A DNA stretch of 64,000 bases from Eledone cirrhosa (lineage: Eukaryota): contig OZ024741.1 of the NCBI GenBank assembly GCA_964016885.1, forward strand, positions 136,276,001 to 136,340,000, given 5' to 3'. Every line of letters begins with the position of its first letter. The first letter of the stretch is position 1. The position numbers and the translations under genes were made by a program. Below are positions 14,882-29,629 of this stretch, in pieces. The notes below the pieces were generated by a model. It worked only from the letters and a program-made list of their open reading frames with translations, was not told the DNA's origin and did not search any database.

Positions 14882-15077
14882 TGTATGTATGTATGTATAT
14901 ATATATATATATATATAGTATGTATATAGTATGTATATATATATATATAGTATGTATATGTATATATATATATAGTATGTATATAGTATATATATAGTAT
15001 ATATATATATATATATATAGTATGTATATATATAGTATATATATATAGTATATATATAGTATATATATATATATATA

Positions 15078-15191
<114 letters not shown>

Positions 15192-15249
15192 TGTATATAT
15201 ATATATGTATATATAGTATGTATATATATATATATGTATATATAGTATG

Positions 15250-15283
<34 letters not shown>

Positions 15284-15313
15284 TATAGTATGTGTATATA
15301 TATATATATAGTG

Positions 15314-15390
<77 letters not shown>

Positions 15391-15394
<4 letters not shown>

Positions 15395-15613
15395 AGGCGT
15401 GTGGCTGAGTGGTTAGAGAATTGGATTCGCAATCGTAAGGTTGTGAGTTCGATTCCTGGACCAGGCGACGCGTTATGTCCTTGAGCAAGACACTTTATTT
15501 TACGTTGCTCCTTCTACCTGGAGTTGCGACCGATAGATAGTATTAGCAATTGGAAAGACCAACGGAAACATTGTTCCCTCGGTCCAATTTGACGAACGTC
15601 GATCGTTCCTTTA
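15391..15613 (+). mobile_element. tRNA-SINE head (second family) joined to probable Penelope 3' tail
   Basis: GGCGTGTGGCTGAGTGGTTAGAG...GTGAGTTCGATTCCTGG...CTTGAGCAAGACACTTT then ~100 bp shared with 20913-21011. Confidence 0.75.
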
Positions 15614-15840
15614 ATATATATATATATATAGTACGTATATATATATATATATATATATAGTATGTGTATGTATATATATATATATAGTATGTATATATAT
15701 ATATATAGTATGTATATATATATATATATAGTATATATATATATATATATATAGTATGTATATATATATATATATATATATAGTATGTATATATATATAT
15801 AGTATGTATATATATATATATAGTATGTATATATATATAG

Positions 15841-15886
<46 letters not shown>

Positions 15887-15887
15887 G

Positions 15888-15922
<35 letters not shown>

Positions 15923-16223
15923 TGTATATTTATATATGTATTGTATGTATATATATATATATAGTATATATATATATATAGTAACTATATTTATATATAT
16001 ATATATATATATATATAGTATGTATATATATATATATATAGTATGTATATATATATATTATGTATATATATATATATAGTATGTATATATATATATATAT
16101 ATTATGTATATATATATATATATAGTATGTATATATATATATAGTATGTATATATATATATATATAGTATGTATATATATATAGTATGTATATATATATA
16201 TATAGTATGCATATATATATATA

Positions 16224-16259
<36 letters not shown>

Positions 16260-16709
16260 TGTATATATATAGTATGTATATATATATATATAGTATGTAT
16301 ATGTATATAGTATGTATATATATATATATAAATAGTATGTATATATATTTATATAGTATGTATATATATTTATATAGTATATATATTTATATAGTATATA
16401 TATATAGTATGTATATATATTTATATAGTATATATATATATTTATATAGTATATATAGTATACGTATATATATAGTATATATATATATATATATATATAG
16501 TATATATATATATATATATATAGTATATATATATATATATATATATAGTATATATATATATATAGTATATATATATATATATAGTATATATATATATATA
16601 TAGTATATATATATATAGTATATATATATATTTATAGTATATATATATAGTATATATATATATATAGTATATATATATAGTATACATATATATATATATA
16701 TATATATAG

Positions 16710-16742
<33 letters not shown>

Positions 16743-16754
16743 AGTATATATAGA

Positions 16755-16794
<40 letters not shown>

Positions 16795-16924
16795 TATATA
16801 TATATATATATATAGTATATATATATATATATATATATAGTATATATATATATATATATATAGTATATATATATAGTATATATATATATATATAGTATAT
16901 ATAGTATATAGATATATATATATA

Positions 16925-16978
<54 letters not shown>

Positions 16979-17099
16979 TATATATATATATATAGTATAT
17001 ATATATAGTATATATATATATAGTATATATAGTATATATATATATACATATATAGTATATATATATATATATATAGTATATATATATATATATAGTATA

Positions 17100-17131
<32 letters not shown>

Positions 17132-17201
17132 CTATATATATTCTATATATATATATACTATATATATATATATACATGCTATATATATATATATATATAT
17201 A

Positions 17202-17239
<38 letters not shown>

Positions 17240-17241
17240 TA

Positions 17242-17288
<47 letters not shown>

Positions 17289-17388
17289 TATATATGTATA
17301 TATGTATCTATATGTATATATATATTATATATAGTATATATATGTATATATATATATATAGTATATATATGTATATATATATATGTAC

Positions 17389-17419
<31 letters not shown>

Positions 17420-17524
17420 GTATATATATGTATATATATGTATATATATATATATATAGTATATATATGTATATATATATATGTATATATATATATATGT
17501 ATATATATATATAGTATATATATG

Positions 17525-17563
<39 letters not shown>

Positions 17564-17626
17564 GTATATATATATGTATGTATATATATATATGTATATA
17601 TATATATATGTATATATTTATGTATG

Positions 17627-17658
<32 letters not shown>

Positions 17659-17806
17659 CATATATATATACATATACATATATACATTTATATATATACA
17701 TATATATATACATATATACATATATATATACATATATATATATGTATATATGTATATATATATGTTTATATATATATATATGTATATATATATGTATATA
17801 TATATG

Positions 17807-17842
<36 letters not shown>

Positions 17843-18057
17843 TAGTATATATATATGTATATATATATATATATATATATAGTATATATATGTATATATA
17901 TATATATGTATATATATATATACATATATATATACTATATATATATATATATACATATATAGTATATATATGTATATTATATATGTATATTATATATATA
18001 GTATATATATATATATAGTATATATATTTATATATATATATATATAGTATATATATG

Positions 18058-18107
<50 letters not shown>

Positions 18108-18245
18108 GTATATATATGGCCTCAGCCGGATGGCTGAAACAGGTAAAAGGGTAAAAGAGTAATATATATATATATAGTATAGATATATATAGTATATATA
18201 TATATATGTATATATATTGTATATATATAGTATAATATATATATA

Positions 18246-18285
<40 letters not shown>

Positions 18286-18335
18286 TATATATAGTATATA
18301 TATATATATATATATAGTATATATATATATATATA

Positions 18336-18375
<40 letters not shown>

Positions 18376-18449
18376 TAGATATATAAAAGTATATATAGTA
18401 TATATATATATATATATAGTATATATATATATAGTATATTTATATATAG

Positions 18450-18480
<31 letters not shown>

Positions 18481-18481
<1 letters not shown>

Positions 18482-18600
18482 ACGAAGGAAATGTGGTAAG
18501 GAAATGTGGTAAGGAAATGTGGAAGGAAATGTGGTAAGGAACCAGGTGGACCATAACGCACCAAAGTACTCTATACTTAGGGTAGTAGAGTGGGTAATAG
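18481..18600 (-). mobile_element. Family A 3' fragment with ~13-bp tandem repeat (AAGGAAATGTGGT x4)
   Basis: Homologous to 8511-8592. Confidence 0.75.
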
Positions 18601-19245
18601 TCTATCAGATAGAACACAGGGGTAGATTAGAGAACATAGAAATAAAAATAGAATCCACACACAGAAAAGATGCAATGTTTAGGCAAATTACAGAGGCAGT
18701 AAGCATAAAATAATTGCAACCAAAATTAAATAGAAAATATGAGTGGAACAGCAACATCACTACTTACAATTATGGACAAAATAAAAACACACACACACAT
18801 AGAACAAACAACCAACCAACAATTAATAAGTAAATAAATAAACAAATAGATAAATGAACACAAACACACACAGACAACCGGGTGTGGCGCATGCGCAAAC
18901 TGAGCACACAACACACACACAGAAACAAAATGGCGTAGGTTAGAAGAAACGAAAGGCACAGAAACAAAGAAAGGAATCCCATGTCACTGAAGAGGTCACA
19001 GAGTGTGTGACGAAAGGACTATGACTATATATAAACAACTATCTGGTTGTGGAACCAACCAACCAACCAGAAATTTATAAGTTTGTAGATTTATAAATTT
19101 ATAAATATATAATAAATTGAAGTGAAAGCAACTGGTGCGTGTGTTTCTTATTGGCAACACGACCCTCCCAAAGTATAACAATATCGGTTTCAACACACGA
19201 TTTCAGATAAAGAATCTTGCTAAACAAATTCAGAAACGAAATATA
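18601..19245 (+). mobile_element. 5'-truncated Penelope-like element: GIY-YIG C-terminus plus pLTR (family E)
   Basis: Translates [47 protein letters not shown] (R..EA..I...LN end of GIY-YIG), followed by a same-strand hammerhead; second copy at 63587-64000. Confidence 0.7.
18983..19025 (+). ncRNA. Minimal type I hammerhead ribozyme (family E)
   Basis: GTCA/TGAC stem I; CTGAAGA; stem II GTCACA-GAGTG-TGTGAC; GAAA-GGAC-TA. Confidence 0.75.
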
Positions 19246-19343
19246 TTAATATATATATATATATATAGTATTTATATATATATATAGTATTTATATATAT
19301 ATATATATATAGTATTTATATATATATATATATATATATATAG

Positions 19344-19417
<74 letters not shown>

Positions 19418-19617
19418 TTTATACATATATATATATATATAGTATTTATATATATATATATATATATAGTATTTATATATATATATATATATATATAGTA
19501 TTTATATATATATATATATATATAGTATTTATATATATATATATATAGTATTTATATATATATATATATATATAGTATTTATATATATATATATAATATT
19601 TATATATATATATATAG

Positions 19618-19668
<51 letters not shown>

Positions 19669-20159
19669 TTTATATATATAGTATATATATATAGTATTTA
19701 TATATATAGTATATATATATATATATAGTATTTATATATATAGTATATATAGTATATATATAGTATATATATATAGTATATATATTATATATATATAGTA
19801 TATATATATATATATATATACTATATATAGTATATATATATATATCTAGTATATATAGTATATATATATATGTATAGTATATATAGTATATATAGTATAT
19901 ATATAGTATATATAGTATATATATATATATAGTATATATAGTATATATAGTATATATATAGTATATATAGTATATATAGTATATATATAGTATATATAGT
20001 ATATATAGTATATATATTATATATATATTTCTTTTATTTGCCACTATATATACTATATATATTATATATACTATATATACTATATATATTATATATACTA
20101 TATATATATACTATATATACTATATATATATATTATATATATATAGTATATATAGTATA

Positions 20160-20545
20160 TATATATAGTATATATAATATATATAGTATATATAGTATAT
20201 ATAATATATATAGTATATATAGTATATATAATATATATAGTATATATAGTATATATAATATATATAGTATATATAGTATATATAATATATATAGAATATA
20301 TAGTATATATAATATATATAGTATATATAGTATATATAATATATAGTATATATAGTATATATAATATATATAGTATATATAGTATATATAATATATATAG
20401 AATATATAGTATATATAATATATATAGTATATATAGTATATATAATATATAGTATATATAGTATATATAATATATATAGTATATATAGTATATATAATAT
20501 ATATAGTATATATAGTATATATAATATATATAGTATATATAGTAT
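20160..20545 (+). repeat. 27-bp minisatellite TATATATAATATATATAGTATATATAG, ~14 copies
   Basis: Seen directly; variant TAGAAT units at ~20293 and ~20399. Confidence 0.85.
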
Positions 20546-20791
20546 ATATAGTATATATAATATATATATATAGTATATATATAGTATATATATTATATAT
20601 ATATAGTATATATAGTATATATATATATAGTATATATATTATATATATATATTATATATATAGTATATATATATATATATAGTATATATAGTATAGATAT
20701 ATATATATAGTATATATAGTATATATATAGTATATATAGTATATATATAGTATATATATATACTATATATATATAGAGAGAGAGAATATAT

Positions 20792-20912
20792 AGTGAAGGC
20801 GTGTGGCTGAGTGGTTAGAGAATTGGATTCGCGATCGTAAGGTTGTGAGTTCTATTCCTGGACCAGGCGATGCGTTATATCCTTGAGCAAGACACTTTAA
20901 TTCACGTTGCTC
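20792..20912 (+). mobile_element. tRNA-SINE head (second family), interrupted by Penelope-like element
   Basis: A/B-box-like head about 93% identical to 15391-15510. Confidence 0.8.
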
Positions 20913-21039
20913 CTTCTTCCTGGAGTTGCGACCGATAGATGGTATTGGCAATTGGAAAGACCAACGAAAACATTGTTCCTTCGGTCCGATTTGACGAAAG
21001 TCAATCGTTCCTTTTTTTTATAGAATATATATTAAAATA

Positions 21040-21115
21040 ACAGATTAAAGTTTAAGCAAAGAATCGCTGCTTTCACCCTTAACGGGATCTTCTGAAACTA
21101 ACAAAGTCAATCTGT
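21040..21115 (-). ncRNA. Type I hammerhead-like ribozyme with variant core CAGAAGA in Penelope pLTR
   Basis: Sense: ACAGATTGA-ctttgtt-AGTTT CAGAAGA tCCC-gttaa-GGGt GAAA-GCA-gcgattctt-TGC-TT AAACT TTAATCTGT; bulged stem I, stems II and III all pair. Confidence 0.65.
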
Positions 21116-21849
21116 AAACGCAGAAGTGGATATTTTAAAAAACTTTGCAACCGGAGGAAGACAGGAAGACGATACTTTGGTTCGTGGAAACGTTCGCTGG
21201 CAAAGAACGGAAATAAACGAATTAATAGGAGCAGTGAAAAACAATTACGCGCTAAGACAGAACCACGTCTGTGGTGTAAAAGAAGTCGTAGACTAAAATT
21301 CTAACTTGGAAACCGAATGAATCTCCGCTCAGAGTTAAGAATAAAGTAAATAAAATACAATACAGAGGTAATAGAAATTAAATAAATACATACACGCATG
21401 CAAATACGTACATACACAAGCATACGCGAAAACACTTGCTTTAGGTATACAAAACTACTAACATATAAATATGTGTATGTGTGTGTGCGTGTATATAAAT
21501 AAATAAATAATACATAATTAAATAAACGTATATAAATAAATAAATACGTATATAACAAGCGCACACCCATACCTACATGTAAATACACAAATGTTCGGAG
21601 ACCTAAGTCAACCAAAACATCAAGTACACATATACACACACCCTACATACATACGCAAAACTCCCGTATACACTTAACCAAACCATATGTACCAGAATAT
21701 ATAAAAAATTATACGCCATAACATATACAATCAAATATACGTACGAGAAAGTATACGTACCTTCACAAAACATAAAGGTAATATATATTTACCTATGCAA
21801 ATAAGTAATGGTATAAACAAAACATATACTTAGCTACCACATCAAGACG

Positions 21850-22537
21850 TAAAATATCCACGTATAGATCGCACTATCCGTTAGGGTATAACGTGGGGCT
21901 GTAATACAGAAAAGTTTTGTGCAATTTATGTTTACAAGCCGAAATTGCCTCAAATTTTTTGTTTAAGATGTGGTCTTTGGCGTAGAGTATTTCCAGGGCC
22001 TCAGCGGCGCAGAGGTCACATGGTCTTTTATTTCCGTTTTACGATCTAGCACTAGCTAGGATCTCCCAGTGTAACTTATATTAGGTGTGGTTGTCTTTTA
22101 GACTCCAGATATAAGCTGAAAGTGACGTCATATTCCTTCTTAGAGGGTAACTAAAAGAATGCGTATGCATGTAAAGACGCTGCTTGAATCTATTGGCGGT
22201 TAACCCTATGTAGGCCCTACGGGACGTGGGTGTTTCAACCTTACATTTGTAGACAATGTTACTAGACAATGTTACTAGACAATGTTACTAGACAATGTTT
22301 GTAGACAATGTTACCAGAGAGGCATTTCCCGGATACGGGGCAATCAACCCGATTCCTACAATTAGAGTTAGTACTAACTACAGGGTTGCACTTGTTCCTA
22401 CGGCTAGGTAGTTTAGCTAAATTTGAAGCTGTGATGTTATGTGCAAGGTTAGGAGTCGTAGAGTAAGACATTTTAATAGTATTTCTATTAAAAATTTTAC
22501 TATATTTATGTGTAGGGGGAAAATGTAATAAGGGCAA
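21850..22537 (-). pseudogene. Penelope RT thumb/linker and GIY-YIG endonuclease (disrupted)
   Basis: ORFs 22262-22537 and 22081-22269; HFPPTHKYSKIFNRNTIKMSYS; VY..YIG motifs; in-frame stop then YKLHWEIL...CDLCAAE...LN. Confidence 0.88.
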
Positions 22538-22645
22538 GAAAGGTCTAAGCTAATGGTGTGGCCACCTCCATATTATATAGTGGGTTATACTAACAAATGC
22601 GACGAGATCTATTTCTTCTAGGTCTATTTTCGTACTCTGTATATG

Positions 22646-23842
22646 CTACCTTATCGACAAATCCGCTCCGAGCAAGAGCTTCATTGTAACAAGTGGAATG
22701 GTCGTTGAAAATATGCTCGTTAGTAGATAGACGGAAAGCCTCAACGAAACCTTTCTTACCAGGTTCTTGGTTATGCTGGCAGGATGGTTGGAATGCTTAC
22801 TTATGTAATTAAGCGTATAATTCGGCTTTCTATACGGGTAATACAACCCATTCGATAAATTGAGGGTAACGTCGAGGTAATTAACGACCGAGAGATTGGT
22901 CTCAACCTGTATAGAGAGGTTGAAGCCTTTAAAGAAGGCTGTGAGTTGTTTTCTAAACCTGTCGCAAGCACGAGGTCCGCACTTAGTCATGGTCAAAAGA
23001 CCATCGTCACGGTACAAACCACCGCCCGCGTTGGGGAATTCGTCCCTGATAGAGAAAAGAAGGAAAAGGCCGATAAGATCAGTAACCTCCGCAGAATCGC
23101 TGGCGCCTATACCCGCCTCGAATGGCGTACTATTGGATTTTTTAATCCAAATAGAGTCGTCGAAATTAATCACCGACTTACGGGCATTGAGAATGACATC
23201 AACTACGAAATCCATAACCACTGTGTGTGTTTTAGCGAAATTGATAGCTCTAAGGAGAAGTGGTAAAGTGATGGAGGAGTAGTAATTGTTGATGTCGAAT
23301 TGGATAAAACGGCACTGTTCCTTGTTGCATATGCCGTTGAACCAATCAATCACCGCGAAAGAATTGTTCCACAGTGCAAGAGGGGCCAAACTTCTAATTT
23401 CTGGTATAATTCTATCAAGAATCCTTTTACTAAGTCTACCTAAATCGGACTTCGTAGGGTTAATAATCCGAATAGAGGGGTTGTTCGGAAAATTGGATTT
23501 GTGATCCTTCAGGGTAAAGTGGGGATAAATAGGGCCCAGAGGTTCGGTCCGGTCCAGGATGTTGAGATCAGAGGTGATTTTAAACCCAGCATCGTTGATT
23601 TCATTGATGACGCACCGATTAGTTTTACGGTAATCCTTAGTTACAGCATTATGTAGTAGTTGATGGTAAGTACTGCGCTCCACTTCATATAGGTTGCCAG
23701 TTTTGTCGGAATGGACGTGCACGGCATTAGAATCCTTAATAGAACGAATTCTATTCTTCAGGTCCTGCTGGAAGGAATTGCTCCTATTCCGAAATTTGAT
23801 ACTCCGTATGAGTTCCAAGTCATCATTTTCGAAGGGTAGCAA
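22646..23842 (-). pseudogene. Penelope-type reverse transcriptase
   Basis: SDKTGNLY, TLKDHK, RIINP, QFDINNYYSSI, GIGASDSAEV, GLYRDDGL, VNYLDVTLNL, YRKPN..YI...SNHP; frameshift near 3' end. Confidence 0.93.
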
Positions 23843-24050
23843 TGCTGGGTTACACGGGGGTCTACGGTTCTTATATATTTGATATATATTTATCCTTATC
23901 GAGCCCTCTTTGGATTTTAGTCTTCAAATTTATTATTATTACTATAGAATATATATATATATATAGTATATATAGAATATATATATATATATATAGTATA
24001 TATAGTATATATAGTATATATATATATAGTATATATATATAGTATATATA

Positions 24051-24088
<38 letters not shown>

Positions 24089-24344
24089 TATATAGTATAT
24101 ATATATAGTATATATAGTATATATAGTATATATAGTATATATAGTATATTTATATAGTATATATAGTATATATATATATAGATAGTATATATATATATAT
24201 ATAGTATATATATATAGTATATATATATATATATAGTATATATATATATATAGTATATATATATATATATATAGTATATATATAGTATATATATAAAATA
24301 AAGTTAAATAAAAGTCAAATGATTAAAATTTACCTTCGTTTATT

Positions 24345-24399
24345 ACTGCTATATATATTTCAGTGACAGCCATTTTTGGCTGTGACCTCTTCAGGCAGT
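24345..24399 (-). ncRNA. Minimal type I hammerhead ribozyme (family F) in a ~310-bp island (24290-24600)
   Basis: Sense: ACTGC CTGAAGA ggtcACAGCCA-aaaa-TGGCTGTcact GAAA-TATATA-TA GCAGT; perfect core and stem I. Confidence 0.85.
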
Positions 24400-24603
24400 T
24401 TGAATTAGTATGGTATAGACAAGTACATATGTTGTTTAGGTGTATAATATTGTCAATACTCTGATATGCCCAGTTCCCTGTTGGGTTGTTAATTCACTGA
24501 GGAACTGGAGTCATATGCGCACTTCAACCTGAGCACTTCGTCGAGTGCTCCAGCCTGCATACTGGGGTGTTTGTATACAACCAACAGAAACTCAAAATCT
24601 ATA

Positions 24604-24665
<62 letters not shown>

Positions 24666-25191
24666 TATATATAGTACATATATATATATATAGTTTATAT
24701 ATATATAGTATATATATATGTATGGTATATGTATAGTATATATATATATAGTATATATATATATATAGTATATATATATATAGTATATATATATATAGTA
24801 TATAGTATATATATAGTATATATATATATATATATAGTATATATATATAGTACATATATATATATAGTTTATATATATATAGTATATATATATGTATAGT
24901 ATATATATATGTATAGTATATATATATAGTATATATATATATAGTATATATATATATAATATATATATAGTATATATATATATATATATAGTTTATATAT
25001 ATATAGTTTATATATATATAGTTTATATATATATAGTTTATATATATATATAGTTTATATATATATAGTATATATATATATATAGTTTATATATATATAT
25101 AGTATATCTAAGGCGGGTAAAATTCCCGAGATCCATGGACGAGTTCTCTCCAGCGGTCTCTGTCCCTCATTATCGCTGCCATATCCTGCAT

Positions 25192-26525
25192 CTAAAACAG
25201 ACCAGTGTCTGTCCTTAGGGCATCAACATATGTTAAGCTTGGTCTTGCTCTTCTAGTGTGTCCATGTAGGGGCTCCCAAAGGAACACTGAGTGCAATGTC
25301 AACTCTGGATGTCGGTGAGCATGTCCAGCCAACCTCAGTCTCCTCTGTGTCACTTTTGAGCTGACTTTTGGGATGCTCCCATACAGCTCTGAGTTTCTCA
25401 TTCTCAGTGTATACTGATTAATGTTCAGAGCCATCCTCAGCATTCTCGTGTAGCACCCATCCACCATCTGAGTGAGTCTCTTGGTCAGTGTCCAAGTCTC
25501 AGACCCATACAGCAGCACAGACTCCACTACAGCAATGAAGAGGCGGATTTTCAGGTCTCTACGAAGGTCCGACTTCCACACCGATCTCAAGCTGTGACAC
25601 GCCGCCCAGGCCTTGCTCTTCCTCTCAACCACATCATCTTCCGTATTCCCAATCTTTGCTCCCAAATACAGGAAGTCCTCAACCAATTCCAGCGGCTTCC
25701 CGCCTACATTAGTGATCCCCTCTGGCTTCTCAACATTCTCTACCAGATATTTTGTTTTAGTCTCATTCATTCTCAGCCCCACACTCATCGACACAGTCTC
25801 AACCTCCCGCATCAAATCCTCTGCCTCCTTCACTGTATTTGTCACCAAAACTATGTCGTCGGCAAATTCAGCATCCGATACCTTTTTCGCCCCAACTCTC
25901 CTGCTCTGAGCCGGTGCTACAGTAAAGCCAGAGTCCTGGTGTTTCTCCAGTGCAAGGCGCATACAATAGTCCACTACGATGATAAAAAGGTGGGGAGCCA
26001 ATGTATCTCCCTGGAGCACTCCAGCCAGTATCTCAAATAACTCTGTCATCCCATCAGGTGTAATGACTTGGGCTTTGGTGTATGTGTAGAGCAACGATAT
26101 CAGGTCCACTATCCTCTTGGGGATTCCATAAGCCTGTAAGATCTTCATCAGGCAGTAACGGTCCACAGAATCAAAGGCCTTCCTAAAGTCAATGAAAACC
26201 ATGACCGCAGGAAGGCACTTTGCTCTAGCTCCCTCTAATATCCTCCTCAGCATCAGGTTGATCTACCCTCTCTGAAGCCGTTCTGGTTGTCCCTGAGCTT
26301 CTTCTCCATCTCAGGCTGGATCCTGTTAAGAATCATCCTGTTGAGGGTCTTTGCCACAAGTGACGTCAGTGAGATCCCCCGGTAGTTGTTGGTGTTAGAG
26401 AGATCTCCCTTCTTTGGCACTGGGACGATGTTACTGATCCTCCACTGACTCGGGGCAACTCCTTTCTCCAGTGCCCCGTTACAGAACCCCAGGATGATAT
26501 CATCAAAATCACACCTCTTCATCAC
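25192..26525 (-). pseudogene. Non-LTR reverse transcriptase of RTE element
   Basis: VPVPKKGDL..NYRGISL, QNGFREGRST, FIDFRKAFDSV, GVLQGDTLAP, FADD, FLYLG, LLYGSETWTL, LRLAGH. Confidence 0.93.
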
Positions 26526-26528
26526 CTC

Positions 26529-28085
26529 TCATGCCACTCCATCTTCTCCATGAGCCTTGCCCTCCTTGATCTTCTTCTTGGCTCTCTGAAGCTCCTCTCT
26601 GGTGAAGGGCTCTGTCTCAACATCCAGTTCCTCAAACAGCCGCCTGATCTCCCCAGTGCTCTGGGCTGTGGAGGGTGGCTCTCCTAGTAGGGTCCTAAAA
26701 TGGTCTAGCCATTTCCTCTTCCTATCCTCGGGCCCCGTTCCCTGGATCTGACTCGAACACCTTTTCTTCCTCCCTGTGATCTCGTTGATGATCATCCAGC
26801 TCTCCTTACATCCAGATCTGTCAACCGCTCTCTCCACACTTCTGATCTTCTCTATCAGTACCTCCTCTCTGACCTCAGTGTAAGCGGTACAGAGCTCTTC
26901 CCTCATCATCTCCACAGTCTCCATCCTCTCCTCCGTAGGATCAGCATAGAATTGGTCCCTGGCAGCTTTCAGGTGTTCTCTGGCTGCACACACTTTGGGG
27001 TTTGCAGAGCTGACGTGCTTCCCTTTGTTCTTTTTCCTTGGCACCAAGGTTTCACTTGCTTTCGCCACTGCATTGGTGAAGTGCCCGTACCTCCTCGTCA
27101 CACTCTCCTCAGTCCATCCAATCTCTCTCTCCTCTGACTCTCCACACAGAGCACTAAACCTGTTTCTCACTTCCACTGTGAACCTCTCCTGTAGCTTATC
27201 ATCTTCCTTGAAAGCTCCCCAGTCATAGATTGTTCTCCGGGGCTGAGCCTTGCTCTTTCTTAAGCTCACGCGGACCTCACTCATAACAAGCCGGTGGTCA
27301 CTACCCAGTGTACTGAAATAGCTGTATGGTTCCGTGTTCAGAACACTATTCTGCCACTTTTTCCTCACCAGAATGAAATCAATCTGGGACTTGGACAGGT
27401 GCATATCTGAGATGTAGGTCCACATCTTCCCCAGATTCTTCCTAAACCTTAGGTTGGTCGCCATCAAGTTCGCCCCCAGCAGGGTGTCTCTCAGTAGTCT
27501 TCCATTTCGGTTGGTGTTGTTATGGAAGTACCAGCAAGGATCTTCACTGCCCTCCTTACTCAGATGTGCATTGAAGTCCCCCAAAACAAGCAGGATATTG
27601 TGTGCCTGAGTGGTGTTGACAGCTCTACACACCTCCTCATGGAACTCCTCGGCATTCACATCACTGTCCCCCTCGGTTGGACTATAGGCTGAGATGACTG
27701 TCAGTCTTGGGTTTCCATTGAAGGTCACCCTCAACACTCGCGGGGAGATAGGCATTATTTCCCTCACCAACAGATAGGTTTTTGCACTGAACACAAAACC
27801 CACTCCTCCTACTGCAGCATTTGTTGTGTTCTTCACTGCCGATGTAGTGATGAGCTGGTTCTTCCTCCCGATCATCACACTCCTCACGGGCTCATCGTGT
27901 AGAATCCTGTGTTCTTGGATCGCAAGTATCTGTATACCACTCTCCTCGAACAGATGTCCCAACTCCTCTCTCTTCTCCAGCGTTCGAATAGTCCTCACAT
28001 TCAAAGTGTCCATTTTGATGGCTCTTCTGCAGGACAAAACTGCATTCTTTATATTTGTCTCAGAGACGGCTGATCCATCATCCAC
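26529..28085 (-). pseudogene. APE (EEP) endonuclease and linker of RTE element
   Basis: TLNVRT, ILAIQEHR, GGVGF, ISAYSPT, LGDFNAH, NRNG, QIDFIL, SDH. Confidence 0.93.
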
Positions 28086-28304
28086 TGGCCCTCTCTGTGG
28101 CTCTAAGCCAGCAGAGTCATAACGACCAGGCTGCTCCTTGACAGTGTATATATATATAGTATGTATATATATATATATATAGTATATATATATATAGTAT
28201 ATATATATATAGTATATATATATATAGTATATATATATATAGTATATATATATAGTATATATATATATATAGTATATATATATATAGTATATATATATAT
28301 ATAG

Positions 28305-28389
<85 letters not shown>

Positions 28390-28765
28390 ATATATATATA
28401 TATATATAGTATATATATATAGTATATATATATAGTATATATATATAGTATATATATATATATATAGTATATATATATATATAGTATATATATATATATA
28501 TAGTATATATATATATATAGTATATATATATATATATTTTATATATATATATAGTATATATATTTATATATGGTATATATATATATATGGTATATATATA
28601 TATATATATAGTATATATGTATATAGTATATATATATATATATATATAGTTTATATATATATAGTATATATATATAGTATATATATAGTCTGTATATATA
28701 TATATATAGTATATATATAGTCTGTATATATATATAGTATATATATATATATAGTATATATATAG

Positions 28766-28806
<41 letters not shown>

Positions 28807-29219
28807 TATGTATATATATATATAGTATATGTATATATATATATATATAGTATATATATATATATATATAGATATATATATATATATATAGTATATATAT
28901 ATATATATATATATATAGTATATATATATATATAGTATATATATATATAGTATATATATATTATATAGTATATATATATATAGTATATATATATATATAA
29001 GGTATATATATATATATGGTATATATATATATATATATATGGTATATATATATATAGTATATATATATATATATAGTATATATATATATATATATATAGT
29101 TTATATATATATAGTATATATATATAGTATATATATAGTCTGTATATATATATATGTAGTATATATATAGTCTGTATATATATATATATATGGTATATAT
29201 ATATATAGTATATATATAG

Positions 29220-29281
<62 letters not shown>

Positions 29282-29388
29282 GTATATATATATATATAGT
29301 ATATATATATATATATAGTATATATATATATATAGTATATATAGTATATATATATATAGTATATATATAGTATATATATATATATATA

Positions 29389-29442
<54 letters not shown>

Positions 29443-29462
29443 TATATATATATATAAATATA

Positions 29463-29506
<44 letters not shown>

Positions 29507-29590
29507 GTATATATATATATAGTATATATATATATATATATATATAGTATATATGTATATATATATATATAGTATATATATAGTATATAG

Positions 29591-29629
<39 letters not shown>

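Larger units (their letters stand above)
20913..23945 (-). mobile_element. Penelope-like retroelement (RT + C-terminal GIY-YIG + 3' pLTR), 5'-truncated and frameshifted
   Basis: RT ORF, Cys-rich linker (NCRNRVDCPVSGKCL), GIY-YIG IVYKCKV..RAYIGLTANRFKQRLYMHTHSF, long 3' non-coding region with hammerhead. Confidence 0.92.
25107..28146 (-). mobile_element. RTE-clade non-LTR retrotransposon (APE endonuclease + RT), inactivated
   Basis: Single reading frame broken by a stop at ~26530, a frameshift at ~26254 and a stop at ~25193; GC-rich island inside the TA satellite. Confidence 0.93.

Noticed and set aside
15394-15468. tRNA-like sequence (also 20795-20870)
   Set aside because: No proper acceptor stem, and it continues into SINE body sequence; SINE head rather than a tRNA gene
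22896-28122. Plus-strand ORFs overlapping the Penelope and RTE ORFs
   Set aside because: Antisense shadow frames of the retroelement coding regions
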